From: Eledone cirrhosa
Taxonomy: Eukaryota
Direction of reading: 5' to 3'
Length of the DNA: 64,000 nucleotides
Assembly (NCBI GenBank): GCA_964016885.1
Contig: OZ024745.1
Location: 40,486,001-40,550,000 of the forward strand
The notes under the pieces are model-generated. The model had not been told where the DNA came from and did no database searches. It saw only the letters and a program-made list of their open reading frames with translations. Numbering within the stretch: position 1 is the stretch's first letter; every line of letters starts with the position of its first letter. Both the position numbers and the translations under genes were made by a program. Below, in pieces: positions 25,639 to 41,138 of this stretch.

Positions 25639-27770
25639 CTGAGTGAAATTTTGAAGGAAAGATAAGTAATTATTTGTCTATCCTCGCATTCATAATTTTA
25701 TATATATATTAACATGTTCTTTGACTTTTTTAATGATAAGGTGTAAATTTCGTAAGATGTGGCTGCCACACTGTATTAAACGAACGTGTAGGGGCACATC
25801 GAAGTTGTAATAGTTAATTTGGGGGATTATAGTCAAAGATAAACATTTCCAGAGACCACTATTTTACTTAATCGATAATATAATTAAGAATATTTCAAAT
25901 ATCTTACACAACTAGCGTTAAATTTATATCTCCAAAGGAGAGGCAAATAGTTTTTACATAACGCAAGGAAGCTACTGGGTGGAAAACATCAAATTTTGAT
26001 TCCTCTATAACTCTGCTTCATTCAGTTTCTGTAAGCGAAATAATTTCGAGTAGGATGCCAAACTATAATAGCCAAACTCCATTCCTTGACTATTAATTAT
26101 TTGATGAGACCTTTATTTACCTACATCACATTCAACGTCATCTGGATATCGATTGAGTGTAGATAGAAAAGAACATTTTTTAGGATGTCTTGTCTTCTAG
26201 CCCCGCGTTGTGAGTGAAATGTGTTAAACATCAATGGATGTGACTGTGCTTGTATATGTGACAACAAGTGGGATATAACAGTATGTAAAAGCGTAAATTG
26301 ACAGTTTCATAATTATTGATAGATATAACCCTGAAGTAAATTCATGACTGAATACCATAATTTTTTATATATTTTCGCCGATGGATATTGGTAATGCGTA
26401 GGATTCGAAGTCGTTCACACGTTGCAGGAATGAAATCGGCGTTATTTGTTTTAGCTCTCAACATTTGAAGTTAAACTCCCATTGAGATCAATGGAGCCCT
26501 AATCCTTACTGAGTTGATGAAATGAATTAAATGTCGATTTGAGTGGATTCGCGGGATCCTTAGAGCATCGAGATGCTACCTTAAATTATTGTTCCGAATC
26601 TTTGTATTGTGAGTTGTAATTCCAGCCTGGTACATATATGCGCTCACCTTAACCTGTCATAATTTAACACCACCTCATATATTTGTGTGCATACGTCGCA
26701 GTCTAGGCATTCATGTCAGGTCATCAGGTTGAGGATAATATTTTCTCTCACATTACTAGTCTCAGGCACAACAAAGTGCTTTTTATTATCTTCATAGTAT
26801 GTCAAATACTATGAAGATAATAAAAGAATGTACAAGATCCAATGAAGTATTATATGCTGTCCACTTCCAACTCATTCAGTTAAGAATTCAATAGAGTAAA
26901 TGTTAGCAATGAATAGATTATATTAATTAAAGTTAAGATATAGTTAGCTTCGGATATATTTAGAATCACTTTATTTGAAGCTAGACTTTGCGAAGTAACA
27001 CATCTAACAACCAAAATGTCACGTTGCTAAGAATAATTTTCAGTTCGTCAATTCAAATAAAGACTAAATGTTGAAATGTTGTCTATGTTTGTCATAAACG
27101 AATAAACGAAATCAATATAGAAACTATGGTTAACGAAAATGAATATCTTCGTCAGGATAAATAAATTCCATCAAGAAAAATTCAGCTAGAGATAAATAAG
27201 TATTAAAATGAAGATGGAACACAAATATATGAGTTGCTCAACGAATGCTATTGGTCGAAGTAAATGAATACTGAAACGTGTTCAGATTAAGTGTATTCAA
27301 CTGCCATTTCATGTATATACCATATTAGTTGTTACTACATAGAAACATTGGGTCAATGTCATTAATGGAGATCTAACAGATGAAAGCTTCTTTATAGAAT
27401 CACCCTTTTACGTTTTAAAACTTCGAATTTTCAATTACTGATGTTTTGTCATGCAACTATTGTAGCAGCATACCTAATTCTGTAGAATGGTGGTAGCATT
27501 AGTGGCATTCTAATGGAATTTGAATTGTAAAAGGCTACTGATTATCCAGTAGATTAAACATCGGCATGAGTTCAGGAACGAATAAACAGGAATGTAAAAG
27601 AATATTGTGGATGTGTATTATGGAAAAAATACACTGCTGCTATAAACAAACATACACAAGGAGGGATTTCTAAGAAGGGGAACAATCAAAAATATCTATT
27701 GATTCGTTAGTCTTAGATAGAGTGTTTCAGAGGGGCATATGGAGGCATATAATATATCTTTATGAATAAT

Positions 27771-27933
27771 TGTTTCTACTTTTGGCACAAGGCCAGCAAT
27801 TATTCCAGTGCATTACTGGTACTTTATTTTATCGACCCCGTAAGGATGAAAGGCAAAGTTAACCTCGGCGGAATTTGAACTCAGAATGGCAAGGGCCGTA
27901 ACTCTATGCGTCAAAGCATGTAGTCCGACTCTC
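27771..27933 (-). mobile_element. OK/OR-like SINE with TSD tatgaataat
   Basis: Matches the window SINE consensus; direct repeat at 27761-27770 and 27934-27943. Confidence 0.85.
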
Positions 27934-29599
27934 TATGAATAATACACATATATTAGTCGCGGTATGATTGGTTTTAAGCTCTAATAATATCAGATATTTG
28001 GTAGCCCCTTGAGTACACCAGATACAAATGTTTCACTATTTTATGTCCATCATCATTGATGTATTATTTATATATATACAGACACATATATCTATATATA
28101 TATATATGTGTGTGTATATTATATATATATATATATATTACATGTGCGTCGGTTCATTCGTTAGTTGGCCGGACTATGGCAACGTGTTATGTATTTGGGC
28201 AAGATTCCTTATTTCACGTATTTACAGTCCTCTCAGCTAGCAAGAGTAAAGTGTAAGTATAAATCTCAGACAGTGTCACGCTGAATCTCCCTACAAACTA
28301 TATTAACTTTACAGGTACCTCTGGGTTATGGTATATTCAGCCATTTGCATGTTAATTTTACTACCTGCTTGTTATGATTTTCGAAAGATGAGAAAACTCA
28401 TCGTCGAACAGTTGGAGTCAACAACAAACATCTCTGTGTTTTTATATGCTCGCATATATATGTCTCTCGTTATGTATATGGTTGTGTTTGATTATATAGA
28501 GGCCGAAGACCTGTGTAGTACTGTTGACACGATAAAATTATATTAGTATTTTTTTCATTTCATTTCATCTTCCATATATTAATATTGGTGGGTATTTTGT
28601 TGTGTCCGTTTGACAATAGTAAATCTGACCATAAATTCCATACAAAACCTGATTAGTATTCCTTCCGTTGTAGCTTTGGCAAACATATTAGTAATTAGAA
28701 AAACTGAATCAAAAGCAAGCTCTAGATTAGTACATGTTCGTTCCGGGTTATTGGCTGTTTATTGAACAACGTTGTTTAGTATCTTGTTTGATACATAAAC
28801 ATATTTTATACAATGCAGACTAACTTAATTTAGATTTGTATTCATGTAAATACCTTTTCTTCTGCTAACTAAAGTATTTGTATATCCTGTTGCTTCTAAG
28901 TTTATTTATTCGATTGGAACATCAAATCATGATATGAATCTAATTTCAGATGTTTAGTCGGCTATTTTCATTCTTTATTAAAAACACCAAAGTCAGACAA
29001 GTTATTTTCTATAGGAAAAATACGCACAAAAACAACTATAGCTTTTCGGCAGCAACATTTTCAAATAACTAGTTAGCTTTTAGTAAACGGCTTGTTTCGA
29101 TGTTGAGACTTTAATTGCAACCGTTTGTGTGGTTAACAAAGGAGAAAAAGGTATATGATCAAAGAAATTCTGAGGCCCACTTGTTAGAAGCTACAGTGTT
29201 AAACAGAATGTATCTTCATTCATCATTTGCCAGAACATGTCACTTGGTTTGGAGCCAAAACGTGCGGTTCCTTTAAATTATCTGGAAGGAATGTACTGAA
29301 TACTAATAATAAAACTACTAACTATAATGATTATTATAAGGGTTTCTAATATAGATACAAATTGTGGGTGGGTGACGTATTGATTCGATCGACCTTAGTA
29401 ATTTTCTGGAAAGTTATTTCGTCAGAACGAGGAAGATGGGAGGTAAAGAAAACCACGACAGTACAAATAACACATATCTGACCAAGGTTCGAAGGTTTCT
29501 GTCAATCCTATTGTCTGAGGTGTTTGTCAATAAAATAAAGTACCAGTAATGTACTAGGTAATTGCTGGCCTTGTGCCAAAAGTAGAAACAATTATTATC

Positions 29600-29830
29600 A
29601 TTATCTTCATCAATATTATTTTGCGCTTTATCGCGGCATTTCCGATTTGGGTATATGCAACGTGTTTTTTGTTTGTGTTGTTGCTTCTATTGTATGGAGA
29701 ATACTATTCGTAATATGTGCGCGGTGCCTAGTAGGGCCATTTCTCTATGCCGTATATATTTCTAAGTCCTGGGTTAGGTATTTTTCTGTGTTTTATTAGC
29801 ATTCCGAGAGCACATATTGTTATAGGTAAT
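29600..29830 (-). mobile_element. Old Dong-like 3' fragment
   Basis: Minus translation ..MALLGTAHILRIVFSIQ* matches the element 2 C-terminus. Confidence 0.75.
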
Positions 29831-30395
29831 GTTTGTCTTCACTATTCACATTCTGGTTATTTCTAGTTCTAGATCTTTTCTTGATTTCCTTGGTAGATAC
29901 ATTGTCGCTGTGAATAAAGAGGAATACGGATATGTGATGATCGATATCACTTGACCGTGTCATTCTAGAATGGCGGGGACAGCAATCACGTATAATAATA
30001 GAAAAATTACATAGTCTTAAATATAAATTACAGAGGATGTTGTATTTCCACAAATTATCCCAGTTGAAAGGAGAGTTCAATGAAGTGTGGCAAAATGTTT
30101 GTATTATTATAAAGGTATTTGATATACATCCAACTAAATATCGGTAGAACCAAAACGAAATACTGATAAAGTATGAGAAAAACTACTAATTAAAGCTCAA
30201 TTCCAGGGATGACGGGTTGGAGAACAGTCGATCACATCAGCTGTAGTATATGACTGGTAATATATTTATTCGATGAAAGATAACCTGCAGTAAATTTGAA
30301 CTTTGGATATACAGAAGCCGTATCACAAATCATTCGTCCAAAATTTCAAATGATTTGTCTTATAGGTGCAATGGATTACCAGAATCATTATAATA

Positions 30396-30768
30396 ATTGT
30401 TTCTACTTTTGGCACAAAGTCAGCAATTATCCCAGTGCGTTACTGGTGCTTTATTCTATCGACCCCGTAAAGACGAAAGGTAAAGGTAACCTCGGCGGGA
30501 TTTGAATTCAAGTCAAAAAGAGCCGTAACTCTGCAAAGCATGGCGTCCGACCCTCTACCATAACTGATAATCCAGCTAATCATTATAATAATTGTTTCTA
30601 ATTTTAGTACAAGGCCAGCAATTAACCAGTGCATTACTGGTACTTTATTTTATCGACCCCGTAAGGATGAAGGGCAAAGTTTACCTCGGCGGGATTCGAA
30701 ATCAGAATGGCAAGGGCCGTAACTCTATGCGTCAAAGCATGGCGTCCGACCCTCTACCGATACTGCCA
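30396..30768 (-). mobile_element. Two tandem OK/OR-like SINE copies
   Basis: Two successive matches to the window SINE consensus (~30396-30575 and ~30590-30768). Confidence 0.85.
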
Positions 30769-31231
30769 TTAGTCCAAAGTTTCCGATAAATGTGTAAGAC
30801 TCGTGTCCCCACTTCTTGAATATCTTCTCGGCAGGGCGAAGAATGAAGAGTACTCCAGCTGCCATTACAATAAGACACCGTATTATGCCAATAAAATCTA
30901 AAACTAAGCAGATCAAACAAGTACCATTGCCATACTTACGAAAAATATATCAAGTCTGGACCCTGATGAAGCTTCTAAGAAATCAAAGGTAGGATATTTC
31001 AGGAGATCTATCAATAAAACCAAAGTTAGTACCAACCCTTCGAAAGAACGATAGACCTTTTTTCCATGAATTCCCCAATGGTATAAGGGGAAATATGAAT
31101 AAAGGTGAAAAGGAGATCTACAGTATAGTGCCACACATGAAATTTAGCGTGACAGATTTAAAATCACAACAAATAATTAATTTTCTGTTCAAAAAACAGA
31201 ATTACACACACAAACAGCCATATTCACACAC

Positions 31232-31289
<58 letters not shown>

Positions 31290-31345
31290 GTGTGTGTGGG
31301 TGTGTGTGTGTGTATGTGTGTGTATATATATATAAACACACACAC

Positions 31346-31379
<34 letters not shown>

Positions 31380-32528
31380 ACAATTACTGTAATACGTTAT
31401 TTCTTGTCGACTATTAATCATAGATTCATTTCAATCAAAATTTCAATTTTCTTAAGTCAACCTTACCATGAAAACATTTAGAAAGTAACCGATGAAAACA
31501 CGGCCAACATTAAATTAACGTTTACTCTTGCTTATCGAAAGTATTTTTCGTTTATACTCAACGAAACATTTATTCAGATATTCAATTATAATAGCAAACT
31601 TTGAAAAACATCAAATCATGATTGCGTTTCAATTAACACTTGTATATATATATATGTATGTATGTATATATATATATTTGTGTGTGTGTATACATACAGA
31701 CAGACATATTCACATAATCTTCCAAATTTTGATTCTTTTTTTCTTCCATTCATATTCTATATTGCCTACAATAATCATTATTTGTTTAATCGAAATTATC
31801 TTGAGTTCTACATTTGTACATAAGTGTAATAGCAAGAAGAGAAGAACGTAAGTGACAGATATGAAGATATGAGCATAAAGGCGATTTCTATCATGTTTAT
31901 TCCTTTTATTAAAAAGACCTCAAATAAACTTGAAAATATAACACAGCTGTCATAAATTCCTAGGTCCCCTTTAAAGATAGCTGTATTAAATAATTTATTG
32001 CATCGACTTCATTAACGGCATATAGTCGGGTTTCAGTCAAATCAAGTTGAGGAAATTTCATAACACATCTCTCTCTTTGCCCTCTCTCACACTGTTCTTC
32101 ATCTCTCTCTCTCTCTCTCTCTCTTTCCCCCCTCTCTCTCTCTCTTTCTATCTTTGTATCTCACTGGATGGCATGTGTCTCAGTTTTCCTTATGCACTGA
32201 AGTACACCTACTGCCTGGTATTCTTTTTTCTCGAAGCGCTCGGTTGCGCAAAGCCGTATGAGAGAAATATGTAATGGGAATATATAAATATAGTGGAAGC
32301 CGGTCAGACAGATTGTAACTGTAATTTAATGAACCAGCCTTGTTGCACATTATGTCATGCTGATTCTTCGAGATATTTACAGGAGTTTATATACAAACAT
32401 TCCTGCGTTCATTCATATGTTGTACATTTGGAGGATCGAATATCTGAAGCGTATGTCCTCAAAGCTGATGGTGGAGCTATTATTTTATTTTCCTTCGGTG
32501 TTCTGATTAAATAGTAAGCAATAATAAC

Positions 32529-32602
32529 TGTTTCTACGTTAGGCACAAGGCCAGCAAATACGCGGAGTATTACTGGTACTTTATTTTATCGACCCCGTAA
32601 AT
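32529..32602 (-). mobile_element. 5'-truncated OK/OR-like SINE with 19-bp TSD
   Basis: aatagtaagcaataataac at 32510-32528 and 32603-32621. Confidence 0.85.
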
Positions 32603-35061
32603 AATAGTAAGCAATAATAACACAATTAATTCAGTGCACCATACAGTACATCGTTAGAACACAGTGAACAGAGACAATTTAGATTCATTTTTGGAACACG
32701 TATAACTTTTTAACCACTAGTACTATCAGACATTTTTACAGCATATGTTTGTAGAGTGATATAAACAATGAGGTAAAGATACAAAAAACTAGTCAGATTC
32801 CGTTTAATTTATAATCAAACTTTGATTAATTTAAATTAATAATTCTCGGCTTTGATGCATTTTCTAATGTCAATATGTAACTAATGGATATACGCTGGCT
32901 CGAACACAGAAAGAAACAGACAGACACATGGTTGAATAGGTAGAACAATATAGTCGAACAAAGAACATTGGGTATGAATTCCACTCCACGTCACTCACAT
33001 ACACACACACCCAGAATCTTAACGATAAAGTTCCGTGTTCCTTCAAATAACTCTGACATGTCTACCACGTCTCTCCTTCTCCCTTTCTCTCCCAAGACAA
33101 CATGAATGGACCTGTTATTTTTCTCTAAAAGCATTTTTTTCCGATTCCACCCTGTCCGTTCCCTCATTTTTTCGTATTTCTCATTTTTTTTCTGATGAAG
33201 GGTTAGCGTCCGTAACGTTAATACCCTCTTGGTGTTATTTCAAGAGTTAAACTAATATATTCCTTCAATATACTGTACCCGTTGTGTTGGTATTTCTGTT
33301 TACCTTTTACATACATACATACATATACATATATATGTTATTATAAAGAGTGTGTGTGTGTAGGGGGGGGGGGGGTATATAGTTATGAATACTACTTTCC
33401 AAGAAACATAGGGTCCGAAAATCTGTCTTGATACAGATTCAGTTAAAGAGACTGTCAATGTCAGGGCTTGCTTGACTGGGCTATTGTTTTCGATCTTCGT
33501 TTCTCTCTCTCTCTCACTCCCTATCTCTCTCTTCTTCTTCGCTTTTTCTCTATATCTACCTCTCTGTCCCACTTTCTCTCCTTCTCTCTCTCTCCCTTTC
33601 TCCTTCTTTCTTTCTCTCTCGACATCTCCCACTTTAAACCTATAAATTCTTCATACAAGTATAAAACTGGAATTCTTGTTAAGCGTGACTTAATATTGAT
33701 TGCTGAGGACATGAACACGGCTTTTCAAATCTAATGTAAATGACGCTGATCAAAACTGATGGATTTCTCGCTTTATTAATGTCAAACACTAATATTGCAG
33801 AATATCGATACGGACAGATAAAAACTTTTTATCCTATATATAATTGTTCTTGTGGATAAGTTTACAACAGTGATACAGTAATTTGTTGTACTTCAGAATT
33901 TAGAACCAGTGAAAATTAAGTAGCATTCTTAAACGTAACATCACTTCTGTTTTATTGCTTAACTAAAAAGGAATATAACAATCTATATGCACGTGTTTGT
34001 TGATTAAATTACATCTGTTTTAACAGATGTGTACATCATGTAATTTGAGTAATTGTGTTTACTGTTATTCAAGTCGATGTTTCTCTCGTGGGTCGAGAGA
34101 TAAATATAGGATATTATTGCCTCTGCTTTCTAGACACAAAATCTTTTATATTTAGAACCTTGAAAATCGGTTATCGTTTGAATGAAAACATGGAGCTTAT
34201 ATTAATGCTTTTCGTGCCGATGCTGGTGCGTTCAATATTAATGCATACCATTTAGTGAAAATGGGCTCTACAATGGCTTTGTGTTGAGAATATGTATCAG
34301 CCAAAATACTGTGATAGATGCCCTGATCTAACGCCTTTTGAGACAATGCCCAAACATGAGAATAAGGGAACTCATAATTAGCCAACATGCCACGGTATCA
34401 TTTCTTGCTTTAGCTCAAATTCTGATCTTCGTTGAATGCATATCATTCAGACAAGAACCAATATCAATGAATGCTTTCGATTGTTCAATGAGTTTCTAAC
34501 AGTTTCCATCTACGCAATTTCAATCGCAAAGTTTTGTTCAACCCATGGTTATGGTAAGTTAAGCCCAAGAAGTCGGGATACTATTATTTCAAAGCGATTA
34601 TCTGTTAAAATTTGTTATGCCATATTACAAATTGGCTTTATTCAGGCTTTCCTGTCCAATGAAGATTGAATTAACAGTTGAAACCACATAACCGGATTGC
34701 ATTCGTATAATCTTACATTCGCTTGGTAGCAATCTACATCGGAATACTACACGCTATATAGCATCCTATCTTTATATTTGTATAATAACTATCATGATTG
34801 TGTAGGTTTGTGTTTATAAATTGCATTCCTAACATAACCAGGTTCTACTAAAGTCGAAGAATAGAATACATTTGTTGTTTCATCCAATACTAGGATTGTT
34901 TAAACATGAAATTAACGTTTGACCCTTCCATTTCCACATTATACTGCCTATTAATTTCAAATTATCTTTTAAATAAATAATACTTTTAATGAATTATGTA
35001 ACACAATTAATTTTTTAATTACCAAGCTGTTGTTTCGAACATAACTTAATAGAGATTGTTT

Positions 35062-35226
35062 TGGTAGTATCGGTAGAGGGTCGGACAACATGCTTTGTAG
35101 CACAGAGTTACGCCCCTTTCTGATCTGAGTTCAAATCCTGCAGAGGTTAACTTTGCCATTCATCCTAACGGAGTCGATAATGCACTGGGTGATTGCTGGC
35201 CTTGTGCCAAAAGTAGAAACAGTTAT
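35062..35226 (+). mobile_element. OK/OR-like SINE
   Basis: gagttcaaatcc B box; 3' end gctggccttgtgccaaaagtagaaac. Confidence 0.85.
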
Positions 35227-36749
35227 TTAAAGATATGTTGAAAGGTTCCTCAATAAATATAAACAATTTAAATTAAAGAGCTTAATATTGTAAAACTAAG
35301 GTTGATTTCAGGTCGCATTGTACCAAGAGTTTTAATGAATTGATATAAGTTATTCTCTGTTTCATTTCGCTTTCTGGAAAGCAAATTTTTCTTGATTTAC
35401 TTTTTCTGTATGTGTCTCACCTGCAGAGAATATGTCCTCCGCGTTCATATGAACTACGTCTTCTAAATTTGGAAATATCGACGTAGTATAATTGTAAGCT
35501 ATGTTTTGCTGACGGATAACCTACCGAAAAACTGTGCGTTTCGACAAAAGGGTAATATTCTTCGTTGTTTTGCCATTTCCTAATATTTCCCCCACCTTCC
35601 CGTAACGAGATTTTCCTTTTTCCTACTCATTCCATTACATTTCATTTCTCCCACACTCCACAGAAACAGAGGATACTCACCAATATGCCACTGAGCCTGT
35701 GATTAGCCTATTGGAATTCTATAAGCTACCACACTATTGGTCAACAAAAAGGATTAAAAAGACTACTGTAGTGTTCTTGTTCTGTATATATTATAAATGT
35801 AGATATTGTCTCTACTTACCGTCAGAGTTTATGTTACTGACATCTATGAGCTAGGATCGTATTACAATGGATATCTGTAACATTCTTGTGTATACATTTA
35901 AAAATGTATTTAGGATTTTAAATTGATTTCGTTATTTGATTATTCTGAATTTAAATTGCCAAATTCTGCAAATAAAAATTATATAAGTTTATTTTCAATA
36001 TATCTAATGTACACAATATCTCTTGACAATATTACAAATATGTTTACCCGGGGTTTATTGTTAACATTGCATAGTATATTATTCAGATGTATTAGGTCAA
36101 TCTCATTAGTGAGTTCGATTCTTGGTTGCACCAATGCATTTTAATACCCGTTACTGCAATCCACTCTGTTAGCATGAAGGGATTATACGTACATTGCATG
36201 CAAAGTGCCAGCCTTGTCACATACTGTATCACGTTGAATGCTCCACAACTTGCACATTAGTATCACTTCCATTTTACGAAGAACTAAAAGTCTTATCGTC
36301 GAAACCGACGCAGGTTTAGCAGAGTATTGTATAGCATAATTTAATAGCATGAAGTTCAGAATAACAGTTTCATACTGAAATAGAAATATGTAGGAAATAT
36401 CTACATGTAGGAATTGTCTGATTTAATTGTAAACATATTAGGACAATGACCGGATGTGCAGGCATTAATTTTATTGGAGAAAATCAAATTAAATCAAAAT
36501 ATTACTTGAATGTTATGCATTCAAAATTATTTAAAATACATCTGTAATGAGCCAAGTTATATTAAAACGTGGTGAATGACCAAGAATTTACCTTAAAGAA
36601 CTTGAGGGATGATTTTACATGCTGAAAATCTTTTTCTTACTTGCTTAATATTTTGTTTGTAGCTGCGTACATGTGTATTTTTCGATGGGTGATAAATGAA
36701 TTGCCTTTGTTGCACCTGTTTGGATGTGTTATGTGAAATATACTTTAAT

Positions 36750-36781
<32 letters not shown>

Positions 36782-36875
36782 GGAAAAAGTATGACCTATT
36801 TCCCACTCTACTACCCTAAGTATTGAGTACTCTGGTGCGTTATGGTCCATCTGGTTCCTTACCACAATTCCTTTG

Positions 36876-36911
<36 letters not shown>

Positions 36912-37869
36912 AAATACAATATTGATATAGATATATATGTGTATGTGAGTGTGTGTGTGTGGCAGATTTAATTTGTCACCTGATTTGACACATCCATTTC
37001 ATCACTGGATATATTTAACAGAGTCCACTCTTTTGAACTCATTCGGATCATTTTTCTCGAAGAATAAACTATCATACAATCTCTTCGATATCTTTGTGAA
37101 AGGTCACCATTACTGCCTTTCCTTCGCTGACAAAACATTAAAAATATACAACTCTTATGAAATTCAATGTTTGTTATGAATTTAATTTCAGGGAAAATAT
37201 GCTAAAGTACAAATGTCTAAAATATATATGTTCTTTAAGTGACTTTGTAATTATATATAAATACTCGCAAGCATGCATTCACACACATGCAATCACTCGT
37301 GGATACACACACACACACACACAGACACACACATATATATATATATACACAGAGAGATATAGAGATACAGAGAGAGAGAGACAGAGAGAGAGGGGGATAG
37401 CGGAATACGGGCAGAAAATTGTCAGACGTTAATGCGTGTGTTTATGTATCAGAAAACTGAAATATAGATGCGTTTCAAATACGTTTCCTACACTAATGTA
37501 ACTTAGCATTCCGTATGCATGTTTCAAGAAATGTATCAACTATTATCAATTTTCTTCAGCGATAGCACCGGTATTTGCCACGTTATGTTAGAGCTGGGGA
37601 GGTTGGTATATTGGCACCAATGTGAGACCGTTGAAAGTAGTGCTTTGAGGTTTTCCTTACCGCTTTAAACGTTCTACTCTTCAATTCCCATTCATATGAA
37701 CTTTGACTTTCTTCTTCCCAGAGTCGATAAAATAAAATGCCATTAAATAATTATTTGACATGCCTTCTATTAAATTGCTGGTCTTTTGCCTAAATTAGAA
37801 ATCATTATACTAGAAATCGGAGTATTGATTTATTTCAACTTAAAGTTCAGTGACATGTTCTTAATACAT

Positions 37870-38930
37870 CCACATATTTAAGACTTGTTTCATCTCATTT
37901 GGTTTGCTAAAGGTAAATATCTTTAGTATACCATTCACGATCAAAGTTCTACGCATACGCAAGGGTTTTCTTCTTTTTTGGAAAATTTGAAAATGGAATG
38001 AAACCATAACTGAAACATTGAGAAGACACAAATGGAAGACATGGCCTCTTGACAAATTCAAGGATGCAATAGAGATACTGTTACTTTCTGAATATTTCGT
38101 CCATCTTTGGACATAGATTTATATTCACCTCTAAAATACGCAAGTACTTTCGCCTTTGCATATCACTGTGATCACTGAGAAATCAGATAGATCTACACCT
38201 CCAGACGTTGTTATTTTCCATCTCTTAAGTAGTACCATTTATCTATTCGAAATTGCATTCCTATATACATTCACACTACACTTTCCGTTTGCAGTAATGA
38301 GTCTAGTGCATTCTTACATTTAGCAAACAATTTCAGATCAACTATAAAATATAACTGATTTCTTAGTTCATCATTGCTATGCTCATAGTAAGGCTTTGCC
38401 TCCATGAGAACTAAGTTTAGTGAAATTAGAGCGACGACAGACTGCAAGTGCAAGAATGTGTCGCTCTGGAAAATTCTTCGTTTAATATTAATATCTCCTC
38501 GTTACAGATTTCTTGCCATCAATTCAGCGTTCTAATTCTTCATACTATTAATTAGTCATGCTGCAATATTGTCTGCATCGACGAATATTTGGCCATTTTT
38601 CTAGACTAACGGCTGTAGAACATTATCGACCCCGTTGCACAATATGTATACCTGTTTTTCACTTCCCACAGATTGATTTCCAATATATAACATATGTTTT
38701 CTCATGATTTTCCTCTACACACTTGTTTGATTTTATAGAAGCATCTTTTCTTGTTCAAGAATTCCAAGACGTTTCTTACTTTTGTCATCCATATACAGGA
38801 ACATCCCCACCATTTATGCAGCAATCTATTCTGCTCTGATGTGACATCTCTGAGCCCAAATCTATGGAGCAGTTCAGGTGATACTGAATTCCAATATGAT
38901 AAAATGTAAAGCCATGCATTCACATCACCA
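37870..38930 (-). mobile_element. Heavily decayed Dong-like RT remnant
   Basis: FQSDT...VALISL...NQLYFIVDLKLFAK..LDSLLQT matches FQGDSL...NHLFYMDDLKLFAK. Boundaries approximate. Confidence 0.7.
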
Positions 38931-39449
38931 TCATCATCATCATCATCATTAGCATTGACTATCATTTATATTTAGCTATGTTCAAAACTTTTAGCAGATC
39001 AAGCATGTGAGGCAGTAAACACTCCTTCGTTTGTTAGAAATGTTGATGTAGTTACATACCTGTCCACCAGTAAACAGTATAGTTTAGCTAAAACTGTCTA
39101 CACTTTTAAGTATTATGTCTGGTCGAAAAACATTGTATATATGGTCCGTCAAAGAAGCTATTAATCGTAGAACATCTAGATGTTTCAACGTTTCCATTAT
39201 TTGAAATTTATTTATTTTCATTACATTATTTCCCGAGGACATTAATCAGAGCTCCAAATAATTTCTAATTAGATACTGAACATTCTTAGTGAATAAATAT
39301 ATCGATTGGACGAATTATATATATTTTCTTTGTGAATTTCACATTTGTCTAGTTACGATATAACACGCAACTAGGGATTTTCTGTCGTCAACCTTTTCAC
39401 AATAGAGCAATACGCAGGTATTTTCATGAGTAACAATAATAACAATTAA

Positions 39450-40070
39450 TATAATGAGGTGGCTGAGTTAAATGCTGAAAGGATTGGGTCTCCCACAGTG
39501 ATCTACAAAGAAAATAGAAGCACTGATGATATCAACCCATGATGTCGGAAACAAAGACATATATCACGTTAGTGAAATTGTCTGGAAATAAAAAAAGGTT
39601 CCTCCTACAGAGTGAGTGAGTGCAAAATGCTAGCGCCGAAGGAAGTGTAAACATATGAAATTAGATCTGTATATTCATTAGGTAATGTGCACAATATGGA
39701 TGTCACGACTTTCTGAGGAAGTAGCAGACAAACCCGAGATACTTTCAGATTTCAGTATGCTTCAGCACAGCAACTATGTTATTGTAGTTTGCACAGCTAT
39801 AGGCGTGATGGTCAAATTATTCATGTTGCCATCCCAGGAGACCAAAACTTAGCCTTGAAGCAAATTGAAAAATTATCCTAATATTCTGACATCAAAATTA
39901 TACGATTTCATTCAATACAACACAAATTCTCCTTTTCTGTGCACTGCAGATATACTCAGAAAAGTATAATTGGTCTATGTTCCTTCTTCAGACTCGAAAT
40001 ACTGAAGGACCGATAATCAATGTTTAATGCAGAAACTATCAGTTATAAGGATAATAACAGTAATAATGAC
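39450..40070 (+). mobile_element. Decayed Dong-like RLE/3' remnant
   Basis: ..HVAIPGDQNLALKQIEKLS*YSDIKI resembles the RLE motif DVAxPxD...KExEKxxKYxDL; degenerate AAT runs at both ends. Confidence 0.6.
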
Positions 40071-41138
40071 CGGAATGCACTTACATTGCATCATAAAGCA
40101 CTTCAGTGTATTTTCATATGATATATTAAATGTTACTGTGATTTCAAAGAATTCTATAAGAGGAAAAATATCAGTATGATTTGTTTTGAAAATAATGTAT
40201 TGATGGTATATTCTGAAAGAAATTGTTTTAAATTTGATTTAATAACTGACACAGGAACAGATGCAGTTCATTCTTTAAAGCTGAATGTGGTTTACTGAAT
40301 ATCCGATTACCACAGTTCATCATTTTAATGTTTGTTTCCGGGAGGAATCCATCCCCATTTCACTTGACTTCAATTTTAAAATGCAATTCATTAATACATT
40401 GAGAAGTCCAGTTATTTAAATAGTTGTCCGTTAGCAGTAATGTTTTAAATGTTATTCGAACTATTAGGGTAAGTCATAGTTGTGTCAATTGTTTCATTCA
40501 AACCACTGTGAAGATGGTATGTGAAAAAGCGAAAGAATAACGATTGGCCTTAAACTCCTATCAATTTAAAAAAATTCTGGTGGAGTAAAATATATGACCA
40601 AATTAACAGATTATGTAATACAAATTATTCTGTGAAATGTTATCATTGACTTCATATGAGTAAATTTAGTAACGTCACGCATTGTGAGTATCGTTTCGAT
40701 TTTAAATATTACTTTTATTGATAAAATTACCAAACAATCTAACCTACCGTGTGTTATAGAGGACCATACATATATCATAAAAAGCTTTCATTAAATAAAT
40801 AGATATGTGTAACTCAATTCAACCTAGAAATTGAGCATATCTTTTCGAACATGCTAATCTTGATGAAAATAACAATTTGTACAAGAAGCTGTATCTGGAA
40901 CATAATCCTTTACCAGTATCTATTTCAGCCAAGGGAGGCATCTCTTAATAACTCCATATGTTTTGATAGCTTAAGCTATACGTCAAATATTATCGTGTTA
41001 ATATCATTTTTGATTCTCTGTAGTAAATATCTATTTATCATATGATACCAACAATTAATGGGGAAAAATAAATGCCATATGTGAGAAATGATTTTTTAAT
41101 CGTTGTACAAACTTGTGTTCATTATTTCATAACAACAT

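Noticed and set aside
30958-30995. CTGATGA...GAAA match
   Set aside because: No pairing for stems I, II or III.
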